Shown here: one piece after another, positions 20,475 through 31,144 of the stretch | How positions within the stretch are numbered: the first letter of the stretch is position 1 | Layout: each line of letters starts with the position of its first letter | Source of the DNA: an uncultured Chloroflexia bacterium | Lineage (GTDB): Bacteria > Chloroflexota > Limnocylindria > Limnocylindrales > CSP1-4 | Reading direction: 5' to 3' | Assembly: GCA_963768675.1 (NCBI GenBank) | Contig: CAVYIV010000015.1 | Span: forward strand, 23,586 to 87,585 | Length of the DNA: 64,000 bases | The notes under the pieces: generated by a model | Seen by the model: only the letters and a program-made list of their open reading frames with translations | What the model was told of the DNA's origin: nothing | Databases searched by the model: none | Position numbers and translations under genes: made by a program

Positions 20475-22084
20475 GCGACGAGGAGACGCTCAGGGCGCGG
20501 GTGGCCGCCCTGGAGGACGAGCGGCGGCGCGCCTTCGACGAGGCCCAGCGCGAGGCGGACGCGATGTTCGCCCAGTACCAGCTCAGCCAGCTCCTCGCCT
20601 CCGGCGACAATCTCGACAAGCTGGCGCCGGCGGTTCTGGCGGAGATCGCCCGCACGGTCGGAGCGGCGGCCACGGCACTCTGGCTGGCGGCTCCCGCGCG
20701 GCGCACGCTGCATCGGATCGCCTTCCTGGCGATCGCCGACGCAACACCTCCAGGTGCGCCCGCCGGGGAGACCGCCCGGGCCACCGACGTCCCGGGCGCA
20801 TTCACGGACGCGGGCGCGGCGGAGCGATGGGCCGCCCGAGCCGGCTGGTTCGGCGTCCCGCTCGAGGAAAGCCGGGCTCTCGGCGTGAGCGGGGCCGGCC
20901 ACGTCGCGCTCGGCTACCTCGCCGTCCGGCCCCCGCGCGGCGGGATGCTCGACCCAGGTCATGCGCGCTACCTGGGGCTGGTCAGGCGCGAGCTCGCGCT
21001 CGCGTTTCGCTCGGCGCAGCTCCGGGGCGCACTGGCCCGTGAACGGGCAACGCTCGCGGCGATCCTCGACGGCGCGAGCGACGCGATCATCGCCGTGGAC
21101 TCGGACTGCCGGATCACCCGCCTCAACGGAGCCGCGGCACGGCTCGTCGGCGCGGCGGAGCGGGAGGGGATCGGGGCCACCTGCGAGGCTTTCCTCGGCT
21201 GCGTGCAGGAGGCGAGCGGCCGGCGCGGCTGCGGCCGGACCTGTCCGTTCCGCGAGGTCCTGGCCCATGGCCGGCCGCTCGTCCGCGAGCAGGTCGTCGC
21301 CGGCCCCGGAGCCGAGGCGATCCCGGTTGCGGCGAGCTATGCCGAGATGTCCGGCTCGCCACCGGGCGCGGTCGCCGTCTTGCGAGACCTCCGCGAGACG
21401 CGCGCGCTCGACGCGCTGAAGTCGAGCTTCGTCGCCGCGATCTCGCACGAGCTCCGGACACCCCTGGCGCTCATCAGCGGGCATACCCAGAGCCTGCTCC
21501 ACCTCGGCCTCGACGCGCCCACGAGCCAGCACCACCTCGAGCGCATCGGGGACGCCGTGGATCGGCTGAGCGGGCTCGTCGACGACGTCATCGACGTGTC
21601 TCGGATGGAGAGTGATCAGCTCGCGCTGGAGCGCGCCCCGGTCGACCTCGAGGCGCTGCTCCGGGCGTTCGCGGCCGAGCAGGCGGAGATGCCCGGCGCA
21701 CCGCCGATCACGCTTGACGTCCCGCCGCTGCCCCTCGTGGACGTGGATGCGCGCCGCATCCGCCAGGTCCTGGCGAACCTGGCCGCGAACACGCTGAAGT
21801 ACGCGGGCCCGGGCGCGTCCGTGACCATCAGTGCCCGCCACCTGGGGCCGGACTCGGTCGTCGTGTCGTTCGCCGACGACGGTGTCGGAGTCGACCCGGA
21901 TGAGCGTGCCCAGATCTTCGACCGGTTCTTCCGGGGCGAGCGGGTCCGCGAGTCGCGGATCCCCGGGAGCGGGCTCGGCCTGCACGTGTGCCGCCGCCTT
22001 GTCGAGGCACATGGGGGTTGGATCCGGCTCGACGCAACCCGGCGCGGCCTGTCGATATCGTTCCGCCTCCCGGTGTTGCCGTGA
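20471..22084 (+). CDS. soluble sensor histidine kinase (coiled-coil/GAF-like, PAS, HisKA, HATPase_c)
   Basis: H-box FVAAISHELRTPLAL, N box LANLAANTLKYAG, DDGVGVDPDERAQIFDRFFRG, GSGLGLHVCRRLVEAHGG, and a PAS-like segment LAAILDGASDAIIAVDSD. I saw no hydrophobic membrane segment. Start set at the GTG overlapping the upstream stop. Confidence 0.88.
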   Translation: MSDEETLRARVAALEDERRRAFDEAQREADAMFAQYQLSQLLASGDNLDKLAPAVLAEIARTVGAAATALWLAAPARRTLHRIAFLAIADATPPGAPAGETARATDVPGAFTDAGAAERWAARAGWFGVPLEESRALGVSGAGHVALGYLAVRPPRGGMLDPGHARYLGLVRRELALAFRSAQLRGALARERATLAAILDGASDAIIAVDSDCRITRLNGAAARLVGAAEREGIGATCEAFLGCVQEASGRRGCGRTCPFREVLAHGRPLVREQVVAGPGAEAIPVAASYAEMSGSPPGAVAVLRDLRETRALDALKSSFVAAISHELRTPLALISGHTQSLLHLGLDAPTSQHHLERIGDAVDRLSGLVDDVIDVSRMESDQLALERAPVDLEALLRAFAAEQAEMPGAPPITLDVPPLPLVDVDARRIRQVLANLAANTLKYAGPGASVTISARHLGPDSVVVSFADDGVGVDPDERAQIFDRFFRGERVRESRIPGSGLGLHVCRRLVEAHGGWIRLDATRRGLSISFRLPVLP

Positions 22085-22810
22085 TGCCGGAGCCGCGACG
22101 GGGTGCCGAGATCCTCATCGTGGAGGACGAGCCCGAGTTCGCCGACCTCCTGGCCCTCTGGGTCGAGCGCCACGGCTGGCGACCGCGCGTGGCGCGCGAC
22201 GGCGCCACGGCGATCGTCGAGCTTCGAGGCCGCTCCGCCCGACCTGATCCTGCTCGACGTCAGCCTCCCCCGCCTGAGCGGCTGGCATGTCATCGAGCGG
22301 ATCCGGGCATCGAGCATGGTCCCGATCCTCCTCGTCACCGCGCGCGACGGCGAGCAGGACAAGATCCGCGGGCTCGGCCTGGGCGCCGACGACTACGTCA
22401 CGAAGCCGCTCAGCTTCCCCGAACTGATGGCCCGGATCGAGGCCGTCCTCCGACGGACGAACGCCCGGTCCGCCGCCATCGCCGGCGACGAGATCAGGCA
22501 CCCCGGACTGGTCATCGACGGGCGCGGCCATCGCGTCACTGCCGAGGGAACCGAGATCCACCTGACGCCGACCGAGTACCGCCTACTCCGCCATCTCGCC
22601 GAGCGCCCGGGATCCGTGGTCGGCCACGCCGAGCTGCTGACCGCGGTCTGGGGCGCGGGCTACCGCGACGACATCCACCTGCTGCGCGTCACGATGCGCA
22701 ACCTTCGAGCCAAGCTCGCCGATGCGGCGCCGGCACGGCGTTTCCTCGAGACGAGCTATGGGGTCGGCTACCGCTTCCGCGCGGCCGGCAGCGCGCCGGA
22801 CGAAGCCTGA
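22084..22810 (+). pseudogene. OmpR/PhoB-family response regulator, frame-interrupted as assembled (one extra base near 22222)
   Basis: The receiver N-terminus (MPEPRRGAEILIVEDEPEFADLL...DGATAIVE) is in the frame of ORF 21988..22875. The rest (FEAAPPDLILLDVSLPRLSGW...wHTH LTPTEYRLLRHL...GVGYRF) is in ORF 22103..22810. Junction: gtc gag c ttc gag. Length check: 727-1=726 nt, i.e. 242 codons. ATG 22084 overlaps the kinase stop (TGATG). Confidence 0.85.
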
Positions 22811-22816
22811 TCCGTC

Positions 22817-25800
22817 CTAGTCCGGGGTCGAGGCGACGCGGGCAGCGGCCACGCGCGCAACGATCGCCTGCGTGAGCGCCCAGGCACGCGCGGCGTCGTG
22901 CGGTACGCGGATCCGGACCTGGCTTGCCCCAAACGTGACGTCGCCGGGTCGGACGCCGGGGAGCGGCGCGCCCGCGACCAGGCGCATCGCCTCGCCACGC
23001 GAGAGCCCCGAACCGAAACGGACCACGAGCTGGCCCTCCTCGCGGGCGAGCGAGGTGATGCCCGCGGCCTCGGCCGCGAGACGCAGCTCGGCCACCTCGA
23101 CGAGCCGGACGACCGCGGCGGGGAGCGGCCCGAACCGATCCGCGACGTCCTGGCGGAACGCGGCCAGGTCGCCCGGCGTGCGGGCGCGCGCCAGGCGGCG
23201 GTAGAGCTCGAGCTTCGCCGCCTCGTCGGGAACGTACGCGTCCGGGAGGTGGGCGTCGACGGGAAGGTCCACCGTCGCCCCGGCCGGGGCAAGGGCCGCC
23301 GGCCGGCCCTCCCAGCGCGCCTTGCGCTCCTCGACCGCATCCGCGAGCAGCGTCGTGTAGAGGTCGAAGCCGACCGCGGCCATGTGCCCGGACTGCTCGC
23401 CGCCCAGGATGTTGCCGGCGCCGCGGATCTCGAGGTCGGACAGCGCGATCTGGAAGCCCGCGCCCAGCTCGGATGCGTTGAAGATCGCCTGGAGCCGCTT
23501 GCGCGCCTCGTCGGAGAGATGGTCGCGACGCCGGTAGAGCAGGTACGCGTAGGCCCGCCGCGAGCTGCGCCCCACCCGCCCGCGGAGCTGGTAGAGCTGG
23601 GCGAGGCCGAGCGTGTCGGCCCGGTCGATGACGATCGTGTTCGCGTTCGGGATGTCCAGCCCCGACTCGATGATCGTGGTGCAGACCAGGACGTCGGCCT
23701 CGCCTCCCGCGAACGTGCGCATGACGCCCTCCATGCGCCCCTCGTCCATCTGCCCGTGGCCCACCACGATCCGCGCGCCGGGCAGGAGCCGGCGGAGCTG
23801 GTCGGCCTGCGCCTCGATCGTCTCGACGCGGTTGTGGACGTAGAAGACCTGGCCGCCGCGGTCCAGCTCGCGGAGGATCGCATCCTTGACGAGCCCGGCG
23901 GAGGCCTCGGCCACGCGGGTCTGGATCGGGAGGCGGTCCTCGGGAGGCGTCTCGATCACCGAGAGGTCGCGGACGCCGACGAGCGCCAGGTTCAGCGTGC
24001 GCGGGATCGGGGTCGCCGAGAGGGTCAGGACGTCGACCTCCCGCCGAAGCTGCTTGAGGCGCTCCTTGGCGGCGACGCCGAAGCGCTGCTCCTCGTCGAC
24101 CACGAGCAGGCCGAGGTCCCGGAACCGCACGTCCTTCGACAGGAGCCGATGGGTCCCGACGACCAGATCGACGGACCCGGCCGCCAGCCCGGCGAGCGTT
24201 GCCTGCTGCTCGCGTGGCGCGACGGAACGCGAGAGCAGCCGGACCGTGGTCGGGAAGGCGGCGAACCGCTGCGTGAACGTCCGCAGGTGCTGGTCGGCGA
24301 GGACGGTCGTCGGGACGAGCACCGCCACCTGGCGGCCATCCTGGATCGCCTTGAACGCCGCCCGAAGGGCGATCTCCGTCTTGCCATAGCCGACGTCGCC
24401 CACGACGACCCGGTCCATCGGCCGGCCGGCCTCCATGTCCGCCTTCACCTCATCGATGGCGCGTCCCTGGTCCGGTGTCTCCTCGTAGGGGAACGACGCC
24501 TCGAGCTCCTGCTGCCAGGGCGTGTCCGGCGAGAATGCGTGGCCCTCTGCGGCGGCCCGCGCCGCGTACAGCTCCAGGAGCTCCTCCGCGAGATCCGTGA
24601 CGGCCCTCCGGACGCGGGCCTTCGTCCGGGCCCACTCGCCGCCCCCGAGCCTGGAGAGGCCCGGCCGCTCCGCCCCCGCGTAGCGGCTGATCCGGGTGAT
24701 CTGCTCGACCGGCACGAAGATCACGTCGGTGCCTGCGAAGGCGATCTCCAGGTAGTCGCGCTCCTCGCCGTCGCTGCCACGCCGGAGCATCCGCGCGTAG
24801 CGGCCGATCCCGTGGTCCACGTGAACGACGAGATCGCCCGGCGTGAGGCGCTCCAGGATGTCGCGCGGGACCACGCGCCGCAGTGCCTTCGGCCGGCGGA
24901 CGCGCACGGTCCCGAAGAGCTCTCGGTCCGTGACCAGGACGAGCCCGTCCGGGCCGCCAGCGAAGCCGGCGTTCAGACTCCGCCCGACGAGCGTCACCGC
25001 CCCCGGCGGCGGTGGGTCCAGCGGGTGCAGCGTGACCCCGGCCGGGATCCCGGCCTCGCCCAGCAGCTCCGAGAGGCGAGGCGCCTGGTCCGAGGTGATC
25101 ACCATCCGTGGGACCGGCGAAAGCGTTGCCGCCGGCGCCAGCCGCGACTGCACGAACCCAGCCGGGTCCGCCGGCCGGCCGGCCGCGCCTTCCTCCTCGT
25201 CCGCCATCGGGATCGTGGCGGGCCCGCCCGTGCGCCAGCGCTCGATCGCGCGCGCGAGGCTCGCGCTCCGACCCGGCGGCAGCACCGGCTCGCGCCAGCC
25301 GAACGGGTCCTCCGCGGCGGCCGCTCCGCCGATCGCCACGAGCGGCCCGGATTCCCAGGTCAGCTCCAGCGTTCGGCCGCGGGCGAGGCGGGCAGCCCAG
25401 TCTCGGGGCGCGACGTACGCGCTGGGCCACTCCGCGGGGAGATCGCCCGCGGCAACCAGGTCGCGTCGTCGCTCGGCCGCCTGCTCCCAGAGGAACTCGG
25501 CTGCCGAACCCACGTCTCCGGGCTCGTCGATGACCAGGAGCGTCTCCGGCGCGAGATGGTCCAGCCCGGACGCCGGGCACAGGATCGCGGCCCAGACCTC
25601 GGCCGCGTCTCCCGCCTCCAGGGCGCGCGTGGCGCCCGATGCCGGCGGCCAACCGGCATCCGCCCCCTCGAAGCGGGCGAGATCGGCGGCCAGCCGCTCC
25701 GGGAGCCGGGCGGCCAGGTCGCCGAGCCGCGCGCGGATCCCCGAGGGACCGTCGACGGGGAGCAGGAACTCGCTGGCGGGCAGCAGGTCGACGGCCTCGG

Positions 25801-26470
25801 CCGGCCCGACGCTGCGCTGGTCGGTGGGGTCGAAGCGGCGGAGGCTGTCGATCTCGTCGCCGAAGAACTCGATCCGCACGGGCAGGTTGGCGCCCGCGGC
25901 GAAGATGTCCACGAGACCGCCCCGACGCGCGAACTCGCCGCGCCCGGCGACCTCGAGGACCGGCTCGTAGCCCAGCCGGAGCAGGTCGGCAAGGAGCGCG
26001 CCCTGGACCTGCCGGTCTCCCCGCCGGACGGAGCGGGGCCGGGCCGGCAGGTCGTCCAGGCCGAGGGTCGGCTGGAGGAGCGCCTGGACCGAGGCGACGA
26101 GGACCCGGGCTCGCCCGGCCCGCCACGCGGCCAGCGCGGCGACACGCGCCGCGGACTCGTCCCGGACGAGCTCGCTCCGTTCGTACGCGAGAGCGGTCCG
26201 CGGCTCCAGAACCACCACCGCGCCGGGATCCCCGAGCCAGGCGACGAGCTCGTCCGCGACACGGTCGCCGATCTCGGCGTCCCGCGCGATCCAGCAGACC
26301 CGCTCTCGTCCGGCGAGGGCGAGCGCCGCCGCGAGGTACGTCTTCGCACCGTGAGGGACCGCGGTCACGGCCGCGTGCCGGCCCTGCCGGCCCGGCGCGG
26401 CGCCACCCGGGCCCAACGCGACGTTCAGCGCCCGGAACGGCCGCGTGGGGTGGAGCAGGGGCGGCAGCAC
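22817..26470 (-). CDS. mfd: transcription-repair coupling factor Mfd
   Basis: Lower part of the 1567-aa ORF-track entry. Contains the UvrB-homology N-terminus, CarD-like [17 protein letters not shown], helicase GDVGYGKTE and DEEQRFG, and a TRG-type C-terminus. Start provisionally at GTG 26468-26470, after the pth stop. Confidence 0.9.
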   Translation of the reverse strand: MLPPLLHPTRPFRALNVALGPGGAAPGRQGRHAAVTAVPHGAKTYLAAALALAGRERVCWIARDAEIGDRVADELVAWLGDPGAVVVLEPRTALAYERSELVRDESAARVAALAAWRAGRARVLVASVQALLQPTLGLDDLPARPRSVRRGDRQVQGALLADLLRLGYEPVLEVAGRGEFARRGGLVDIFAAGANLPVRIEFFGDEIDSLRRFDPTDQRSVGPAEAVDLLPASEFLLPVDGPSGIRARLGDLAARLPERLAADLARFEGADAGWPPASGATRALEAGDAAEVWAAILCPASGLDHLAPETLLVIDEPGDVGSAAEFLWEQAAERRRDLVAAGDLPAEWPSAYVAPRDWAARLARGRTLELTWESGPLVAIGGAAAAEDPFGWREPVLPPGRSASLARAIERWRTGGPATIPMADEEEGAAGRPADPAGFVQSRLAPAATLSPVPRMVITSDQAPRLSELLGEAGIPAGVTLHPLDPPPPGAVTLVGRSLNAGFAGGPDGLVLVTDRELFGTVRVRRPKALRRVVPRDILERLTPGDLVVHVDHGIGRYARMLRRGSDGEERDYLEIAFAGTDVIFVPVEQITRISRYAGAERPGLSRLGGGEWARTKARVRRAVTDLAEELLELYAARAAAEGHAFSPDTPWQQELEASFPYEETPDQGRAIDEVKADMEAGRPMDRVVVGDVGYGKTEIALRAAFKAIQDGRQVAVLVPTTVLADQHLRTFTQRFAAFPTTVRLLSRSVAPREQQATLAGLAAGSVDLVVGTHRLLSKDVRFRDLGLLVVDEEQRFGVAAKERLKQLRREVDVLTLSATPIPRTLNLALVGVRDLSVIETPPEDRLPIQTRVAEASAGLVKDAILRELDRGGQVFYVHNRVETIEAQADQLRRLLPGARIVVGHGQMDEGRMEGVMRTFAGGEADVLVCTTIIESGLDIPNANTIVIDRADTLGLAQLYQLRGRVGRSSRRAYAYLLYRRRDHLSDEARKRLQAIFNASELGAGFQIALSDLEIRGAGNILGGEQSGHMAAVGFDLYTTLLADAVEERKARWEGRPAALAPAGATVDLPVDAHLPDAYVPDEAAKLELYRRLARARTPGDLAAFRQDVADRFGPLPAAVVRLVEVAELRLAAEAAGITSLAREEGQLVVRFGSGLSRGEAMRLVAGAPLPGVRPGDVTFGASQVRIRVPHDAARAWALTQAIVARVAAARVASTPD

Positions 26471-26580
26471 CGCGAGGTCCGGGATGCGGTGGCGGGATGC
26501 TCGGTCGTCGGCTCCCGGGCCGGCTCCGGCCGCCCGTGGTCGGGCTGCCCTTCGGGCAGTCTCACCGGGCCTCCGCCCGC

Positions 26581-27277
26581 TCACTGGCGCGGCTCGTCCG
26601 GGCCGTCCGGACGCGTCCTCCGCCAGCCGGTCTTCGTCCGGCGAACACCGTCCGCGCCCGGCGGCCCGTCGACCTCGCCGGGCGGGGCGGTCCGCGCCTC
26701 GTCGGCCGGCCGGAGCTGGAAGGCGTTGAAGCGGTTCGAGGCCTTGCTGAGACCGTCGCGCGCCCACGCCTCCACTGCGTCCGCGGCGGCGTCCAGGAGC
26801 TCGTCGAGGCGACGCCGCTCCGCCGGCTGGAAGACGGAGAGGACATGGTCCACGGCATCCCGGCCCGGCTCGCCGATCCCGATCCTGAGCCGGGGGAACG
26901 CCTCCGTGTTCAACTCCTCGATGATCGAGCGGAGGCCGTTGTGACCGCCGTGGCTGCCGCCCTCGCGGAAGCGCATCTTCCCGAAGGGCAGGCTGAAGTC
27001 GTCGGTCACCACCAGGATCTCGTGAAGCGGGGCGCGCTCGCGGGCGACCAGCGCGGCGCACGGCGAGGCCCGAGTCGTTCATGAAGGTGAGGGGCTTCGC
27101 CAGCACGAGATCGAGGCCGCGGAACCGGCCCTGCACCACCGCGCTCGCGTCGCGGGTGCGCCCGCGACCACTCCAGCCGGCCCGGTCGGCGAGCCGATCG
27201 ACCACCATCCAGCCGATGTTGTGGCGCGTCTTCGCGTACTGCTCGCCCGGGTTCCCGAGCCCGACGACGATCTTCAC
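26581..27277 (-). pseudogene. pth: peptidyl-tRNA hydrolase, frame-interrupted as assembled (extra base near 27052)
   Basis: [23 protein letters not shown]...MNDSGLAV is in the frame of the 22817..27520 [46 protein letters not shown] is in ORF 26581..27012. Junction: gtg cgc cgc g ctg gtc. Length check: 697-1=696 nt. GTG 27275-27277 is preceded by GGAGGA. Confidence 0.88.
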
Positions 27278-27362
27278 GAATCCTCCGTCGCCCACGACGA
27301 ACGGCCCGGATCCTCCTGGACCGGGCCTCGACGGGATGGTAACGCGCCCCGGTCCGGATGGC

Positions 27363-27946
27363 TCATGCGCCGGCGAGGATCGTCCGCTCCAGGGACCGCA
27401 TCTCCGCCTCCTCCCCGGGCTCGGCGTGGTCCCAGCCGCACAGGTGGAGCGCGCCGTGGACGGCGAGAAGGCGGAGCTCGTCGGCCGGTGCCCAGCCGAC
27501 GTCGCCGGTCTGGCCGCCACGGCCCTCCGTCGCCTGGCGGATCGCGCGCTCGACCGAGATCACGATGTCGCCGAGGTGGAGACGCGCGCCGGGCGGCAGG
27601 AGGAAGGCGGGCTCGGACGATCGCCGAGTCGCCACCGGCGGCCGCAGTGGAGCGCCCGGATGGGGCGGGTACGCCGCGGGCGGCAGGAGCGGGAACGAGA
27701 GGACGTCGGTGGCCCCTGAGGCGCCGAGGAACGTGCGGTTGAGACGGGCGAGCTCGCGATCGCCCGCGAGGACGAGCCCGACCGAGGCCGGTTCCGGCGC
27801 CCCGCCCGCGATCAGCGCCGCACCGCAGGACGCGCGCCAGGACCGACGCCGGCAGGAGACGCGGCAGCGCCGGCGCGGAGCTCGAGATCGACGCGGAAGG
27901 GAGGGAGGTAGAGGCGACGAACCGGGCTCGACGTCAGCGGGGTCAT
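27363..27946 (-). pseudogene. ybeY: rRNA maturation endoribonuclease YbeY, frame-interrupted as assembled (extra bases near 27868 and 27822)
   Basis: The C-terminal [11 protein letters not shown] metal motif and TDVLSFP are in ORF 27363..27965. The N-terminus MTPLTSSPVRRLYLPPFRVDLELRAG starts at ATG 27944-27946, overlapping the upstream stop as ATGA, in a second frame. The LPRLLPASVLARVLR segment is in the third frame. Length check: 584-2=582 nt. Confidence 0.8.
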
Positions 27947-30103
27947 GTGCCCCGGCCGCCGGCACCCGCCCCGCGTCGGGCCTCCAGCTCCACGATCTTG
28001 TTCTGCGGATAGGCGATCCGCTGGTGGTACATCCCGAGCAGCTGGGCCACGAACGCCTCGCGGATCTGCTCGATGTCGCGAAGCGTCAGGGGACATTCGT
28101 CGAACTGGCCGTCCTCGAGGCGATCGGTGATGATCTGGCTCACCATCGCGCGGATCGAGGGCTCGTCGTGGCTGGCGAGGGACCGGACCGACGCCTCGAC
28201 GCCATCGGCGAGCATGAGGATCGCCGCCTCCTTCGTCTGGGGCTTGGGACCCGTGTGGCGGAACGGTCGCTCGTCGAGCGCGTCCGCGGCGGCGCAGCCC
28301 GGCGGCCGACCCGAGGCCCCCGAGCGGCGCGGCCGCCTCCTCGCGTGCCTTGGCCCAGAAGTAGCTCATCCGGGTCGTCCCGTGGTGCTGCGGGATGAAG
28401 GCGATGAGCGGCTTCGGGAGCTTCGCCCGGTAGGCGATGTCGATCCCGCCGGAGACATGCGTCTTGAGCAGCTGGGCGCTGGCCTGCGGGGACAGGTGAT
28501 CGTGGATGTTGTCGCCGCCCGCCTGGTTCTCGATGAAGCCGGACGGGTTGTCGAGCTTGCCGACGTCGTGGTAGTAGGCGGCGACACGTGCCAGCAGCGG
28601 GTCCGCGGAGATCGCCTCGGCCGCGCGCTCGGCGAGGTTGCCGACCATCAGCGCGTGGTGGTACGTGCCCGGGGTCTCGAGGAGCAGGCGCCGGAGCAAT
28701 GGCTGCGACGGGTTGGCCAGCTCCAGCAGCTGGAAGACGGTCAGGATCCCGAACAGGTTGCCGACCGCCTGGAACGTGCCGACCGTCGCCACGGCCGCCC
28801 CGGCCGCCGCGGCGGCGGAGGCCGCGTAGAGCTGGAGGACGCCGGTGATGTCGCGCGTGCCGAGCAGCGAGAAGATCGAGACGACGGCGACGTTGGCGAC
28901 CGCGATCGCGAGGCCGGCCTGCAGGAAGACGGCCACCCGGTCACCGCGACGGACGGCCAGGATGCCGGTCAGCGAGCCGATGAAGACGTAGGTCGCGAGC
29001 TCGAGGGAAAGGTCGTTCGAGGCGTCCGGCGATGATCGCCAGGAAGAACGACAGGACCGTCGCCGGCCCCGCTCCCAGCAGGATCGCGACGAGCATCCCC
29101 GCCCCGGCGCCGGGGACGAAGAACGGCAGGACCGAGCGCCCGGCTGTCATCCGGTACACGAGGGCGGTCACGAGCAGGATCGCCCCGAGGAGGGCGAGGG
29201 TGCGGGCCCGGTGCCAGACCTCCTGCCGGTAGCGCCACAGCCAGGCGAGGTAGAGGATCACCACGAGCGCGGCGAGCAGGAGCCAGCCGACGATCCGGGC
29301 GAGGTCGAGATGGGCCTCGGTCAGGCCGAGCGCCTGGAGCGTCTCGATGTCGGTGGCGGTCACGACGTCCCCGGCGTCGACGAGGACCTGGCCCTTGGCG
29401 ATCTGGACCTGGATCGGCGCCACGGCGTCGGCGGCCGCCTGGCGCGCCTGGGCGGTGAGGACGTCGCTGTAGGTCGAGTTCGGGACCAGGAGCGGGCTCA
29501 CGATCTCCGTTGCGAGGCCGCGTTCGTCATCGGTGAGCTGAGGCGAGAAGAGCCCGCTCAGGTCGCCCCGCGCGGCCTCCATCTCGGAGTCGCGCAGCTC
29601 GGATGCGCTGGAGCGTGCCGAGCACCCGCGTCGCCTCGGCCGCGACGAGCGACCAGCGGTCGACCGACATCGCTTCGAGCGTCTTGCGGGCCGCGGCGGA
29701 GATCCCGCTCAGGGTGGCATCGAGCGCGGCGACCCGCTCGTCCGGGGTCAGCGACGCGGCGAACGCGGCATCGACCGGCGCCAGCTCCCCGGTGAGCGTG
29801 TCGAGCTGACGGCGGGCGAGCGACGAGGCGGTATCCGCGCTGAAGTCGTACTGCGGCTCGACCGCCGCGCTGGCCGCCGCGCGGGCGGCGGCTGTCTGGA
29901 CCGCCGACTCGAACTGGATCGCCCGGGGGGCCCGGATCTGCTGGGAAGCGATGCCCCCGACCTGGACGTTGTACGCCTGCGGAAGGTCGCCGATGGACAG
30001 GATCGCGGTCAGCGCCGCCGACCAGCAGGATCGTGGCGACCGCGAGCCGGACGGCATCGTTCCGGGTGAACCGTGTCACGCGGTCGAAGCGCCGGGACAG
30101 CAT
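27943..30103 (-). pseudogene. 7TM-receptor/HD-hydrolase membrane protein (PgpH/YqfF family), frame-interrupted as assembled (4 extra bases)
   Basis: Five successive ORF-track fragments (29558..30139, 29527..30057, 28941..29582, 27812..28936, 27943..28215) read as one protein. It has an extracellular N-domain, a 7TM block, and an HD domain with HHALMVGNLAE, YYHDVGK, IPQHHGT and KEAAILMLADGVEASVRS. Junctions lie near 30013, 29601, 29027 and within 28283-28326. Length check: 2161-4=2157 nt. Confidence 0.85.
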
Positions 30104-30107
30104 CCGC

Positions 30108-30596
30108 TCAGCCTCCGCCGCCGCGTGCGGACCCGGCAAGGGCCTCGCCGACGAGTGCGCTGACGTGCTTCCCGTCCGCGCGGCCGCGGGTGGCCGCCGC
30201 GAGGTGGCCCATCACCCGGCCGAGATCGCGCGGGGACGTCGCGCCGGTCGCGGCGATCGCGTCCGCGATCAGCGCGCGCAGCGCTTCCTCGGTGAGCGGC
30301 TGGGGAAGATAGACGGAGAGGATCGCGATCTCCGCCTCCTCCTTCGCGGCAAGGTCCTCCCGGCCCCCGTTCCGGTAGGCCTCGACCAATTCGCGGCGGG
30401 TCTTCACCTCCCGCACGAGGACCGCCACGACAGCCTCGTCGGAGAGCTGCGCATGCTCGCGCTTCTCGACCCCGTAGATGCTGCTCAGCGCCATCCGGAG
30501 CGTGTCGCGGCGCAGCACCTCACCCGACCGCATGGCGGCCGTCATCTCGTCGTGAAGGCGATCTCGAAGGGACACCGGCGGTGGCTCCTCCCGCAC
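30108..30596 (-). CDS. yqeY: GatB/YqeY-domain protein
   Basis: 162 aa: LRDRLHDEMTAAMRSGE...LSVYLPQPLTEEAL...MGHLAAATRGRADGKHVSALV. Position directly after rpsU, as in Bacillus. Confidence 0.85.
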   Translation of the reverse strand: MREEPPPVSLRDRLHDEMTAAMRSGEVLRRDTLRMALSSIYGVEKREHAQLSDEAVVAVLVREVKTRRELVEAYRNGGREDLAAKEEAEIAILSVYLPQPLTEEALRALIADAIAATGATSPRDLGRVMGHLAAATRGRADGKHVSALVGEALAGSARGGGG

Positions 30597-30759
30597 CCTC
30601 GCAGGCCCACCCTCGATGTGGGGGACGGCACTGCGTCGTGCGCTGGGGGCCTCCGGGGCCCGGGTCTCGGGCCGGGGAAGCAGGTGGAACCGGCGTTCGT
30701 GCGGGAGGGTCGATCGGCCACGTCGAGCCGGTTGACCGTCGCGCCGCCGGTCCCGGCGG

Positions 30760-30942
30760 CTAACCCTGCTGGCGGGCGGCCTTCTTGCGCTTTGCTTCCT
30801 TCCGCTTCCGCTTCACGCTCGGCTTCTCGTAGTGCTCGCGACGGCGAGCCTCGGCGAGAATGCCCGACTGCTGGATCTTCTTGTTGAAACGGCGAAGCGC
30901 GCTCTCGAAGGTCTCGTTCTCACCAACGCGGATCTCTGCCAA
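30760..30942 (-). CDS. rpsU: 30S ribosomal protein S21
   Basis: [49 protein letters not shown]. Start set at TTG 30940-30942, 8 nt after GGAGGAGGTGA. The ORF-track N-terminus is read-through. Confidence 0.88.
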   Translation of the reverse strand: MAEIRVGENETFESALRRFNKKIQQSGILAEARRREHYEKPSVKRKRKEAKRKKAARQQG

Positions 30943-31144
30943 TGCCGGGATCACCTCCTCCGCCCAGGGGTCGTCTGGCTCGTGACGCCGCCGGGCGAGT
31001 GTCGGCGCGCACGTGCTCGTGGGCACGCGCGAACGCGGCCTCCGGGCCCGCCGGAGTGTAGCCCGGGAGCGGCGGGGTTGCAAACTCGCCGACCGAGACG
31101 GGTACCCCGTTGCGCAGCGGGTGACGGTCCTCCACGATGGGCCG

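Noticed and set aside
22817-27520. 1567-aa ORF suggesting a Pth-Mfd fusion protein
   Set aside because: The Pth C-terminus and its stop (26581) are in another frame. The linker between the Pth-like and Mfd-like parts is Arg/Pro-rich nonsense. Mfd most plausibly starts near 26470.
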